Source of the DNA: Candidatus Parcubacteria bacterium | GTDB lineage: Bacteria; Patescibacteriota; Minisyncoccia; Phycocordibacterales; PALSA-1337 | Reading direction: 5' to 3' | DNA: 56,885 nt | NCBI GenBank assembly: GCA_041158765.1 | Contig: JBEBAU010000021.1 | Span: forward strand, 1-56,885 | Part shown: piece by piece, positions 25,322-34,030 of the stretch | Position numbering within the stretch: the first letter of the stretch is position 1 | Layout: every line of letters begins with the position of its first letter | The notes under the pieces: model-generated | Told to the model about the DNA's origin: nothing | Database searches by the model: none | The model's input: the letters and a program-made list of their open reading frames with translations, nothing else | Made by a program: the position numbers and the translations under genes

Positions 25322-25468
25322 ATGAAAATAAAGATTAAGAAATCTCCGTTGACGGTGATAGTTCAGGTTTTTAACATGCAAGAAAGACATAATATGATTC
25401 TGGGAGTAGGTAACGATGAGAGAGTTTATCGTTACAACATAGAAGATAGGATTTGGTATTTAATCTGA
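25322..25468 (+). CDS. possible small ORF (48 aa)
   Basis: ATG preceded by AAGAGGAG. MKIKIKKSPLTVIVQVFNMQERHNMILGVGNDERVYRYNIEDRIWYLI. No family recognised. Below the ORF-track cutoff. Confidence 0.2.
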   Translation: MKIKIKKSPLTVIVQVFNMQERHNMILGVGNDERVYRYNIEDRIWYLI

Positions 25469-25584
25469 ATTAACTTTTTTTAGTTAATTACCAATCAAAA
25501 AACACAATTAAAAGACCTATGCAGGGGATAGGCGACTATGGTATAATCACCCCACTAGTAAAGTAATAAATAAATCAAACACAT

Positions 25585-25833
25585 ATGGCAACTTCTGCAT
25601 TTATGAAACCAATGACTGTAAGCGCTGACCTCGCTGCTGTTGTAGGAAAGGGTCCTATGCCTCGATCAGAGGTTGTTAAGGCTCTCTGGGTATATATCAA
25701 GAAGAACAATCTTCAGGATCCTTCAAACAAGCGCAATATCAATGCTGATGCTGCTCTCAAGAAGGTTTTTGGTGGAAAGGACGTAGTAAACATGTTTGAA
25801 ATGACAAAGCTCGTTTCAAAGCACCTTTCATAA
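25585..25833 (+). CDS. SWIB/MDM2 domain protein
   Basis: 82 aa. LAAVVGKGPMPRSEVVKALWVYIKKNNLQDPSNKRNINADAALKKVFGGKDVVNMFEMTKLVSKHL matches the SWIB fold pattern. TGgTATAAT at 25539-25547 upstream. Confidence 0.85.
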   Translation: MATSAFMKPMTVSADLAAVVGKGPMPRSEVVKALWVYIKKNNLQDPSNKRNINADAALKKVFGGKDVVNMFEMTKLVSKHLS

Positions 25834-25851
25834 TCTGTAATTTTCAAAAAA

Positions 25852-25977
25852 ATGAAACGAAAAGGAACAAATGCGAAGAATAAAACTTCTCGCTCAAAGA
25901 AAACAAAGAAGCGTCTAGCTATAAAGCACGCTCGCAATGCAGCAAAAGCTGCAAAGAAGTTCCGAAAAGGACGATAA
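25852..25977 (+). CDS. possible small highly basic peptide (41 aa; MKRKGTNAKNKTSRSKKTKKRLAIKHARNAAKAAKKFRKGR)
   Basis: In the same frame as the SWIB gene, separated by one TAA and six sense codons. Followed by a terminator hairpin. No SD. Confidence 0.3.
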   Translation: MKRKGTNAKNKTSRSKKTKKRLAIKHARNAAKAAKKFRKGR

Positions 25978-25985
25978 ATAATAAA

Positions 25986-26016
25986 AACCGCTCTCATTCG
26001 AGGGCGGTTTTGCTTT
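25986..26016 (+). terminator. intrinsic terminator (overlaps the 3' end of the convergent ORF)
   Basis: AACCGCTCTC-ATTC-GAGGGCGGTT followed by TTTGCTTT. Confidence 0.6.
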
Positions 26017-26290
26017 CGTGTGCTTCTAGAAGTGCGAAGTATTGGTCCCGATTTGCAAAAATAGGCCGGTATCGGATTTGGTAATCCTTGCCTTTTGGCG
26101 TATGAAGACGATCATTCGGTCCCACCCGCAAAGTTGAGAGTCCTTGCTTGCGCATCATATTAACGTTGAAGCCAAGAACTTCGCAAGCCTCGTCTCCAAT
26201 CCAGATTTCGCCTTCTTGTAATTCCGGATCATCGAACATTGCTGGATAATTCTTGCGCATTTCTGCTTCACGTTCTGCTCGGTTGAACAT
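25994..26290 (-). CDS. hypothetical protein (GC-richer orphan)
   Basis: The ORF is open to TTG 26314. The ATG at 26290 is preceded by GAAAGGA 9 nt upstream. No family recognised. Confidence 0.45.
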   Translation of the reverse strand: MFNRAEREAEMRKNYPAMFDDPELQEGEIWIGDEACEVLGFNVNMMRKQGLSTLRVGPNDRLHTPKGKDYQIRYRPIFANRDQYFALLEAHESKTALE

Positions 26291-26428
26291 ACTATTGGGT
26301 CCTTTCAACCCCAAAATAACTGTATAATAAAAAAATACAACTTTTATAAATTATTGTCAATGAAATACTAGGATAATCCTTTTTTACCAAAAAATGATAT
26401 ACTAAGCACCATATAAAGCCCCAATATC

Positions 26429-29344
26429 ATGCAACCGTACGATCACTCAAAGATTGAGCCAAAATGGCAAAAAAAGTGGGAAAAAGCACAGGCCGGCAAA
26501 GCCAAAACTCCTTCACAGAAGAAAAATGGAGGTGATGAACAGAAGAAATTCTTCGGTTTGATAGAATTTCCATTTCCATCTGGTGACGGTCTCCATGTTG
26601 GACATATTCGCAGCAATACCGCTATGGATATTATTGCTCGTAAGCGACGTCGCGAGGGGTATAACGTGCTCTATCCGATTGGTTGGGATGCTTTTGGTCT
26701 TCCTACAGAAAACTATGCGATCAAGACAGGGCTTCACCCAACAGTTGTAACCAAACGCAATACGGATAATTTCCGCCGTCAGCTCAAATCACTCGGTTTT
26801 TCTTTTGATTGGTCACGTGAAGTAGATACGTCTGATCCCAAATACTATCGATGGACACAGTGGATTTTCCTTCAGCTTTTGAAAAAAGGCCTTGCATACA
26901 AACAAAAGATGTTCATCAATTGGTGCCCGAAGGATCTTATTGGCCTTGCTAATGAAGAGGTAATTGATGGCAAGTGTGAGCGTTGCGGTACGGCAGTAGA
27001 GAAGCGTGAAAAAGAGCAGTGGATGCTTGCTATTACCAAGTATGCGGATCGTCTTGATCGTGATCTTGATGATGTGAATTTCCTTGAAAAAATAAAAATC
27101 CAGCAAAGAAATTGGATTGGTAAGAGCGAGGGCGCAGAAATTACTTTCAAAATCACAGCGGGTGACAAAAAATCAGATAGTAATGTGAGTACAGCCGAAA
27201 GCGTCACTGTTTTCACAACTCGACCTGATACGCTCTTCGGTGTGACATATATTGTGCTTGCACCTGAAAATAAGCTTGTTGCTTCACTTCTTTCACATAC
27301 AAAAAACGCAGATGAAATCAAAAAGTATATTGCTGAAGCAAAAATAAAGTCTGAAATTCAACGCACGGATGCGGGGGCAGAGAAGACCGGTGTTGAGCTT
27401 CGTGGAATTACCGCAACAAACCCAGCAAATGGGGAGCAGGTTCCTGTCTGGATTGCTGATTATGTCCTCGCCGACTACGGAACAGGTGCAGTCATGGCCG
27501 TGCCAGCACACGATAGTCGTGATTTTGCTTTTGCAAAAAAGTACAGATTACCAATACGCCAAGTTATTGCGCCGTATTTTGAAAATACCACTGATCTTAT
27601 TCCAAAAAAGGATTTGCCTATTTCAAAACGAGCTATTGTACACGCAATTGTGAAGCATCCTAGTCAAGATAAGTATCTTTTTATTTCATGGAAGGATCAT
27701 GCGTGGAATTCACTCATCACTGGAGGTATTGAAAATAATGAGACCCTCGCTGAAGCCGGAAAGCGTGAAATTCTCGAAGAAACTGGATATAAAAATGCCC
27801 GTTTCATTGATACTTCTGGAAGTTCTTGGGAGATTCACTCGTATTTTTATGCTGAGCATAAGAATGAAAATCGCTACATGGTTGCTCGAGGTGCATTCTT
27901 TCAACTTGAAAATGAAGAGTGTGTCGAAATAACTGAGGATGAAAAAAAGAAGCATGATATTGTATGGCTCGATGCAATAAAAGCACGTGATTTCCTCACT
28001 CATATCAATCAAAAGTACATTTGGGATATCATTCAAAAAGAGTCTGCGTATGAGGGAGACGGCAAGCTTATTAATTCTGGCAAATTTACCGGTCGTTCAT
28101 CTCAAGAGATATTGAAAGAGATTACAGAATTTGCTGGAGGAAAATGGGTTGAAAAATTCAAACTTCGTGATTGGATATTTTCACGACAGAGATATTGGGG
28201 TGAACCAATACCAGTTATTCATTGTGAGAAGTGCGGCACTGTCCCTGTTCCAGAGAAGAACCTTCCCGTGAAGCTTCCGAAGGTGAAGAATTATAAGCCA
28301 ACAGAGAATGGCGAATCGCCGCTGGCTGCAATAACAAAGTGGGTTAATGTAAAATGCCCAACATGTCGTGGCAAGGCTCGCCGAGAGACGGATACAATGC
28401 CAAATTGGGCTGGTTCTTCTTGGTATTATCTTCGCTATGCTGATCCAAAGAACAAGAAGGCTATTGCTTCACCTGAAGCTCTCAAATATTGGACTCCGGT
28501 AGATTGGTATAACGGTGGTATGGAGCATACGACGCTTCACCTCCTATATTCTCGTTTCTGGCACAAATTCCTCTTTGATATTGGTGTTGTTCCTACAAAA
28601 GAACCGTATGTGAAGCGAACCTCACATGGGCTTATTCTCGCAGCCGGTGGAGAAAAGATGTCAAAATCAAAAGGTAATGTGATAAATCCAGACGCTACGG
28701 TCACAACAGTTGGTGCAGATAGTCTACGTCTCTACGAAATGTTCATGGGGCCTTTTGACCAACATATTGCTTGGGATGAAAACGGCATTGTGGGTACTCG
28801 ACGTTTCATTGAGCGTGTTTGGCGTCTCCAGGAAAAGCTTGCAACAGCGACAATTATTGCGACCGATACCACTGCAGCTGGAACAAAAGACACACTTATT
28901 CACAAAACCATCAAAAAAGTCTCTGAGGATATCGAAGAGATGCGTTTCAACACTGCCATTAGCACCATGATGATTGCAGTGAATGAACTTGAAAAAGAAA
29001 CAGCGGTCTCTATTTCACATTATGAAAATTTATTGAAATTACTCGCTCCATTTGCACCTCATGTAACTGAAGAGATTTGGCAAACAACACTCAAGCACAA
29101 AACATCTATCCACGACGAAGCATGGCCAAGTTATGATCCGACAAAAATCGCAGACACTATTTCAACTATCATTGTTCAAGTAAATGGCAAAATGCGTGCA
29201 TCATTTGAAACAAGTGCCACCGCAACCGAAAATGAGATACAAGAACAAGCACTCAAGCTTCCAGAAACCATCAAGTGGATTGGCGAAAAACCGGTGAAGA
29301 AAATCATCGTCGTAAAAGGAAAAGTAGTTAATATTGTTGTATGA
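26429..29344 (+). CDS. leuS: leucine--tRNA ligase with an inserted Nudix-like domain
   Basis: HVGH (HIGH), KMSKSKGN, CP1 editing motifs (TTRPDTLFGVTY, AVPAHDSRDFAFAKKY), and RDWIFSRQRYWGEPIP. Residues about 381-544 are an extra segment containing GGIENNETLAEAGKREILEETGY. Confidence 0.95.
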   Translation: MQPYDHSKIEPKWQKKWEKAQAGKAKTPSQKKNGGDEQKKFFGLIEFPFPSGDGLHVGHIRSNTAMDIIARKRRREGYNVLYPIGWDAFGLPTENYAIKTGLHPTVVTKRNTDNFRRQLKSLGFSFDWSREVDTSDPKYYRWTQWIFLQLLKKGLAYKQKMFINWCPKDLIGLANEEVIDGKCERCGTAVEKREKEQWMLAITKYADRLDRDLDDVNFLEKIKIQQRNWIGKSEGAEITFKITAGDKKSDSNVSTAESVTVFTTRPDTLFGVTYIVLAPENKLVASLLSHTKNADEIKKYIAEAKIKSEIQRTDAGAEKTGVELRGITATNPANGEQVPVWIADYVLADYGTGAVMAVPAHDSRDFAFAKKYRLPIRQVIAPYFENTTDLIPKKDLPISKRAIVHAIVKHPSQDKYLFISWKDHAWNSLITGGIENNETLAEAGKREILEETGYKNARFIDTSGSSWEIHSYFYAEHKNENRYMVARGAFFQLENEECVEITEDEKKKHDIVWLDAIKARDFLTHINQKYIWDIIQKESAYEGDGKLINSGKFTGRSSQEILKEITEFAGGKWVEKFKLRDWIFSRQRYWGEPIPVIHCEKCGTVPVPEKNLPVKLPKVKNYKPTENGESPLAAITKWVNVKCPTCRGKARRETDTMPNWAGSSWYYLRYADPKNKKAIASPEALKYWTPVDWYNGGMEHTTLHLLYSRFWHKFLFDIGVVPTKEPYVKRTSHGLILAAGGEKMSKSKGNVINPDATVTTVGADSLRLYEMFMGPFDQHIAWDENGIVGTRRFIERVWRLQEKLATATIIATDTTAAGTKDTLIHKTIKKVSEDIEEMRFNTAISTMMIAVNELEKETAVSISHYENLLKLLAPFAPHVTEEIWQTTLKHKTSIHDEAWPSYDPTKIADTISTIIVQVNGKMRASFETSATATENEIQEQALKLPETIKWIGEKPVKKIIVVKGKVVNIVV

Positions 29345-30252
29345 CCACCGCCATTTTTCTTATTGCTTTAGCTGCGCCATTTCTGTGGTCAATAGTAAAT
29401 CATGCGGATAAATTCCTTCTTTCAAAATACTTCAAAGCTGGAGGTGTAGGAGGATTGGCAATTCTATCAACGCTATTTTCTATAGTATTACTTCCGATAA
29501 TTTACTTTTTTGATCAGAGTATTCTCTCGATCAATCCGCAAGGCGCACTTATCCTCATGCTTGCTGGAGTCTTCAATGCTTTGGCAATTTTGCTATATCT
29601 ATACGCTCTTCAAGAGGACGAAACAAGTGTAGTCGTGCCTTTCATGCAACTCATACCTTTTTTCACATTTGTATTTGGATACTTCATTCTTGGTGAAACA
29701 CTAAGCGCAATTCAAATAATTGGTGGATGTATTATCACTATCGGAGTGTTGATTTTGTCACTTGTGAAAGAGAAAGGGATGAAAATGGTTTTTAAGTGGA
29801 AAGTTTCTGCTCTCATGATTGCAACTTCGATACTTTTTGGTTTATATGGCGTGCTATTCAAATTTGTCAGCTTATCAGACGGCTTTTGGGCGGGAGCATT
29901 CTGGGAAGCTGTTGGTCTTATTCTTTTTGGTATTGTGTTGTTCTGTATATCATCATATAGAAAAGAGTTCTTTTCATTATTCAAACAAAACTCTGTTCCT
30001 ATTATTGGTCTTAATCTCGCGAGTGAAATGATGACAATAGCTGGTAATTGGCTTATGGCATATGCATCACTTTTTGTTACAGTAGCCCTCGTTATGCTCG
30101 TATCCGCATATCAACCAGTATTCGTTCTTCTTATTGGAACGGCACTCAGTGTATTCTTGCCACATCTAGTCAAAGAGGATATTAGGATCAAAGCTCTCGC
30201 ACAAAAGGGAATTGCAATAGCAATTATTGTATTTGGAACATACTTACTTTAG
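29341..30252 (+). CDS. EamA/DMT-family transporter
   Basis: About 10 TM segments in two EamA-like halves. ATGA overlap with leuS. Confidence 0.8.
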   Translation: MTTAIFLIALAAPFLWSIVNHADKFLLSKYFKAGGVGGLAILSTLFSIVLLPIIYFFDQSILSINPQGALILMLAGVFNALAILLYLYALQEDETSVVVPFMQLIPFFTFVFGYFILGETLSAIQIIGGCIITIGVLILSLVKEKGMKMVFKWKVSALMIATSILFGLYGVLFKFVSLSDGFWAGAFWEAVGLILFGIVLFCISSYRKEFFSLFKQNSVPIIGLNLASEMMTIAGNWLMAYASLFVTVALVMLVSAYQPVFVLLIGTALSVFLPHLVKEDIRIKALAQKGIAIAIIVFGTYLL

Positions 30253-31542
30253 GTAACCCCACTCTATGAGTTTGGCCTTATGAGATGTGTCGAATTTGCT
30301 ACCAATATCATTTCGATACATTTTTCTTGGTAATACGATTTTTTCAATAATTGGATAGACGGTTTTGTGAGCTTCTTGAATTGTTTTGCCAACGCCAGTT
30401 ACATACAAAACAAAACCATTACGATCAGTTACGAAGTATTTTGATGGATCATTAACTCTAGCTGAAATACCTTCGAAGTGAACATGTTTCATTTCATCTT
30501 TTGAAAGATGGTCGAAAAAAACGCCAATTCCATACGTAGAATCCTCTGGTAGCTTATTTTTGAATGGAAAGGGAGGTGCTGCAAGAAGAACTACGATTCC
30601 ATAGCCTTCTTTCCATTTGAGATCATAGTGCTTGCCACTAGCAACTGCATGAAGAAATTCTCCCCACGGAGATATATTGAGTTCATCGTGCAAATGGATA
30701 ATTGGTGAACCAAATCTCGTTGTTGCTTCAAGTGGGAACACACCGTCGGCATTTACAATGCAGTTTATTTCAAAATCTCCTCTAAAATCTGTCTTTTTTA
30801 GAAAATCCTTGAAAAGCCCGATCGTATTCATATACAAAGGGATTGATTCATCATTGCTATACCAAGCAAGAGTACCCATTTCACTTGTTGTAGGTCCAAC
30901 ATCACCAGGGAACATTTTGGTATGCTCAAGATTGAACTCAATTGGCCCAACCCAATCTGTTCCATTGAAATAACGACCAATTCCTATTTCTATACCATCA
31001 ATTCGCTGCTGAAGAGTAATTCGCTCATTCTTTATCTTTTTTGTGATAAGGAAGTTGAGCAATACACTAATGCCATCACTACCATCAGCAAGTTCTCCTA
31101 CGTAGCTCAAGGCTTTTTTACCATTGTTTTGTTTGATTACCCACTGATTTGGATTAGCTTTTGCAAATTCAAGCGCATCATATACCGTATCAAAATCCTT
31201 AAGAGGAACGGTTTTCATACCGTGCTTCCTGAAGACCTCTTGTCCATATTCTCGATCCATCTCAAGCTTTTCAGCACCTCTCGAGCCGCCAAACACCGTA
31301 TAACCCTCTTTTCTTAGCTTATTCTGGATAGAACCATACCCGACATCATCAAAGACAATAAGACCGGATTTTCCAACCCAGCCTAGCTCATTTTTCCAAT
31401 CATCTGTCTTGTCTACTATATTAGAAAAATTTTCTCTATCCGACTTAGACCCAATAAAAAGTTTTACTTCGTGGCCTTCATTCTTCAGGATTCTTGCAAT
31501 ATCAGCTGCAATCAGATTTTTGGAAATAAACAGTATATTCAC
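30244..31542 (-). CDS. ATP-grasp enzyme, PurD (glycinamide ribonucleotide synthetase)-like
   Basis: The N-terminal pre-ATP-grasp and ATP-grasp pattern (FGGSRGAEKLEMDREYGQEVFRKHGMKTVP...WVIKQNNG) resembles PurD. Substrate not inferable. Confidence 0.65.
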   Translation of the reverse strand: MNILFISKNLIAADIARILKNEGHEVKLFIGSKSDRENFSNIVDKTDDWKNELGWVGKSGLIVFDDVGYGSIQNKLRKEGYTVFGGSRGAEKLEMDREYGQEVFRKHGMKTVPLKDFDTVYDALEFAKANPNQWVIKQNNGKKALSYVGELADGSDGISVLLNFLITKKIKNERITLQQRIDGIEIGIGRYFNGTDWVGPIEFNLEHTKMFPGDVGPTTSEMGTLAWYSNDESIPLYMNTIGLFKDFLKKTDFRGDFEINCIVNADGVFPLEATTRFGSPIIHLHDELNISPWGEFLHAVASGKHYDLKWKEGYGIVVLLAAPPFPFKNKLPEDSTYGIGVFFDHLSKDEMKHVHFEGISARVNDPSKYFVTDRNGFVLYVTGVGKTIQEAHKTVYPIIEKIVLPRKMYRNDIGSKFDTSHKAKLIEWGYLK

Positions 31543-31583
31543 GACACGAGTACTATACCATGTTTTGGTGTATAATTAAAAAT

Positions 31584-33395
31584 ATGCCAAAAAAGAATAA
31601 TATATTGATTATTTTTTTCACTCTCGCAATTTTAATTTCAATTGCATCAACATTCTACACAACAGTTATTAAGCATAGCTTCACTACAGAAGGGAGTGCT
31701 CTCATGTGCGATGATGCCGCCCCTAATCTATATGGGTTATTTGATACAAGTATTGCGCCAAGCTTCTTGTACTATTCATATCTACCGATAATTCTCATAG
31801 CTCTAGCCCTTGGTTTGTTTGTGTTTAGAAAAAACAGGACATCAATTCATTCAAAATCCTTGATTGCGATTGCGCTACTATTTTCTATTTTTATCATAAA
31901 TGAAATAGGAATGTGGATTACTTCTGAAGCTGATCTTGTACACTTCGAGTGGCAATTATCTGCAATTCTCCAGACACTGGTGGCTCTTTCAATAGTATAT
32001 TTTGTGTGGACATATTTTCACAAAGGTGACATATCATTTTCATCAAAAGCACTTCTCGTACTTGTATCACTACCGATAATAATTCTAGCCCCAACAACCT
32101 TGAATATGTCTGGCTTCGATATATCACAATGTGAAAGTACAAATGGAGCACTCTGGTCATATATATATGTTATCCAAATATCTCTAATTGGACTTGTTGC
32201 GCATCTTTGTTTCACCTATTACAACAAAGCGACGAAAATGCTCGACAAAAAGCAAATTCTCTTCATTGGTATAGCTTCTGTGCTTTGTTTGGGTATCTTT
32301 TCAGCAACAAATATTCTTGGTGACACAACCTACATATATGAATTCAATCTATTTGGCCCATTAGGAATCTTGCTCTTCATATCGATTCTCACATACATGA
32401 CTGTTCAGTTTAAACTCTTCAATATCAAGATAATTGGCGCGAATGTGCTTACCGGTGCACTCATACTTGCGATTGGATCATTACTATTCATAGAAGACAT
32501 TAGTACAACCAAAATCATTGTTGCAATTACATTAATTGTTTCAATTGTCCTTGGATATTTATTAAGTAACGGTGTGAAAAAGGAGGTCTCTCAGCGTGAA
32601 AGAATCGAGCAACTCGCTACTAATCTCCAAAAAGCCAATAGCAGACTCCTTGAATTAGACAAACAAAAGTCAGAATTCGTTTCATTTGCTACACACCAAC
32701 TCCGCGCTCCGCTTACTGCGATGAAAGGGTATGCATCTCTTATTCTTGAGGGTGATCTCGGGCCTGTAGAAGCACCTGTACGTGATGCGGTGGCGCGTAT
32801 TGCTGATTCATCGAAGACACTTGCATCGGTTGTTGATGACTATCTCAATGTGTCTCGTATTGAGCTTGGCACAATGAAGTACACGCTCGAGAAGCTCGAT
32901 CTCAAGAAGATGATTGAATCTGTTATTGCTGAAATCAAACCTAATATTGATCAAAAAAAGGACGTTGTATTCAGCTTCACTACTTTGCCTGAAAATAATT
33001 CAGTGACTTCTTCGACAGCTTTATCAAACGTTCCAGCAACGAGCTACATGGTTAATGCCGATCGTGATAAGTTCAAGCAGGTCATCGAAAATCTTATTGA
33101 TAATTCACTCAAATACACACCAAGTGGTAGTGTGCGCACAACACTTGAGCATAGAGGTGACAGCATTAGATTCACTTTGAAAGACACTGGCGTCGGTATT
33201 CTACCTGAAGTCATGCCGAAGCTCTTCAGCAAATTTACTCGCGCTTCAAATGCAAATGCAGTAAATATTCACGGAACTGGTCTCGGTCTCTTCGTCGCAA
33301 AAGACGTTGTCTTGGCTCATAACGGCAAAATCTGGGCTGAATCAGACGGAGAAGGTAAGGGTTCATCATTCATTGTTGAATTGCCAGCGGTATAA
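31584..33395 (+). CDS. sensor histidine kinase with multi-TM N-terminal domain
   Basis: ATG 31584 lies 7 nt after TATAAT (31571-31576). H-box FVSFATHQLRAPLTAM, N/G boxes NLIDNSLKYT and GTGLGLFVAK. Confidence 0.85.
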   Translation: MPKKNNILIIFFTLAILISIASTFYTTVIKHSFTTEGSALMCDDAAPNLYGLFDTSIAPSFLYYSYLPIILIALALGLFVFRKNRTSIHSKSLIAIALLFSIFIINEIGMWITSEADLVHFEWQLSAILQTLVALSIVYFVWTYFHKGDISFSSKALLVLVSLPIIILAPTTLNMSGFDISQCESTNGALWSYIYVIQISLIGLVAHLCFTYYNKATKMLDKKQILFIGIASVLCLGIFSATNILGDTTYIYEFNLFGPLGILLFISILTYMTVQFKLFNIKIIGANVLTGALILAIGSLLFIEDISTTKIIVAITLIVSIVLGYLLSNGVKKEVSQRERIEQLATNLQKANSRLLELDKQKSEFVSFATHQLRAPLTAMKGYASLILEGDLGPVEAPVRDAVARIADSSKTLASVVDDYLNVSRIELGTMKYTLEKLDLKKMIESVIAEIKPNIDQKKDVVFSFTTLPENNSVTSSTALSNVPATSYMVNADRDKFKQVIENLIDNSLKYTPSGSVRTTLEHRGDSIRFTLKDTGVGILPEVMPKLFSKFTRASNANAVNIHGTGLGLFVAKDVVLAHNGKIWAESDGEGKGSSFIVELPAV

Positions 33396-33476
33396 ATAGT
33401 GTGATCACACAAAAAAATAATCCCCGGCATGTCTTTTGGACTTGCTAGGGATTTTTGTGCTCAATCAATTCCACTT

Positions 33477-33842
33477 TCAATCTTCGGGTGGAGTATCCAC
33501 GAATTCGTGGCGTCCGGGAATCTTTTCCCAGTTTCTACCACCGTGATAGCGATGGACTCGGCCATCGACAACAGCTTTTTTGCGAGGGAGCTGAGGCTCT
33601 TCGCCGAAAAGACTTGCCTGTTTTGAAACAGGTGGAGTTTGTTGCCGAGGCTGAGAAGGCTGAGGTTCAAGCTGCAACTTAGTAGGTTGCGCTTCTTGTT
33701 GCTGTGCAGATGCTGTGAACCGGGACACAATACTGATGCCCAGCTCGCGCATCCAGTCTTCAAAAGGTTTTCCAGACCCTGAAGACGTCCATCGCGAAAC
33801 ATAGTGCTCGCGAGAGGCTTCACCGTAAGTCATTGTCTTCAT
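33477..33842 (-). CDS. hypothetical protein (GC-richer orphan with Q/P-rich linker)
   Basis: Preferred among four overlapping ORFs. The ATG at 33842 (MKTMTYGEASREHYVSRW...) lies downstream of a consensus promoter. No family recognised. Confidence 0.4.
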   Translation of the reverse strand: MKTMTYGEASREHYVSRWTSSGSGKPFEDWMRELGISIVSRFTASAQQQEAQPTKLQLEPQPSQPRQQTPPVSKQASLFGEEPQLPRKKAVVDGRVHRYHGGRNWEKIPGRHEFVDTPPED

Positions 33843-33947
33843 AACAAAGTGCAAACGTTGGGGTTGAGGGTTAGGTAAAAGGGGTTAAGGAGAGGTCACC
33901 TGCATTCAATCTTTCAGAGATTTAGAATTTCAGGCTTCTGGATATAT

Positions 33948-33976
33948 AGTATACTACTATTGACACTATATGTCAA
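33948..33976 (-). promoter_or_regulatory. consensus sigma70-type promoter (TTGACA-17-TATACT) reading leftward
   Basis: On the minus strand, TTGACA (33971-33976), a 17-nt spacer, then TATACT (33948-33953). Confidence 0.55.
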
Positions 33977-34030
33977 GTTGTTGTTATATATGAAAAACAA
34001 GCCTAAAAAAGCTTGTTATTTTCACGAAAA

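Noticed and set aside
33429-33823. Four mutually overlapping ORFs on both strands in the GC-richer patch after the histidine kinase.
   Set aside because: At most one can be real. The multiplicity is explained by locally higher GC and a repetitive GCTGAG/CAG-rich tract that depletes stop codons. Only the frame served by the promoter at 33948-33976 was kept, at low confidence.
33846-33885. G-runs (GGGG..GGG..GGGG) on the plus strand, considered as a possible G-quadruplex in the leader region of the orphan gene.
   Set aside because: Only three runs of three or more G are present. The fourth would have to be GG, so a canonical G4 is not supported.
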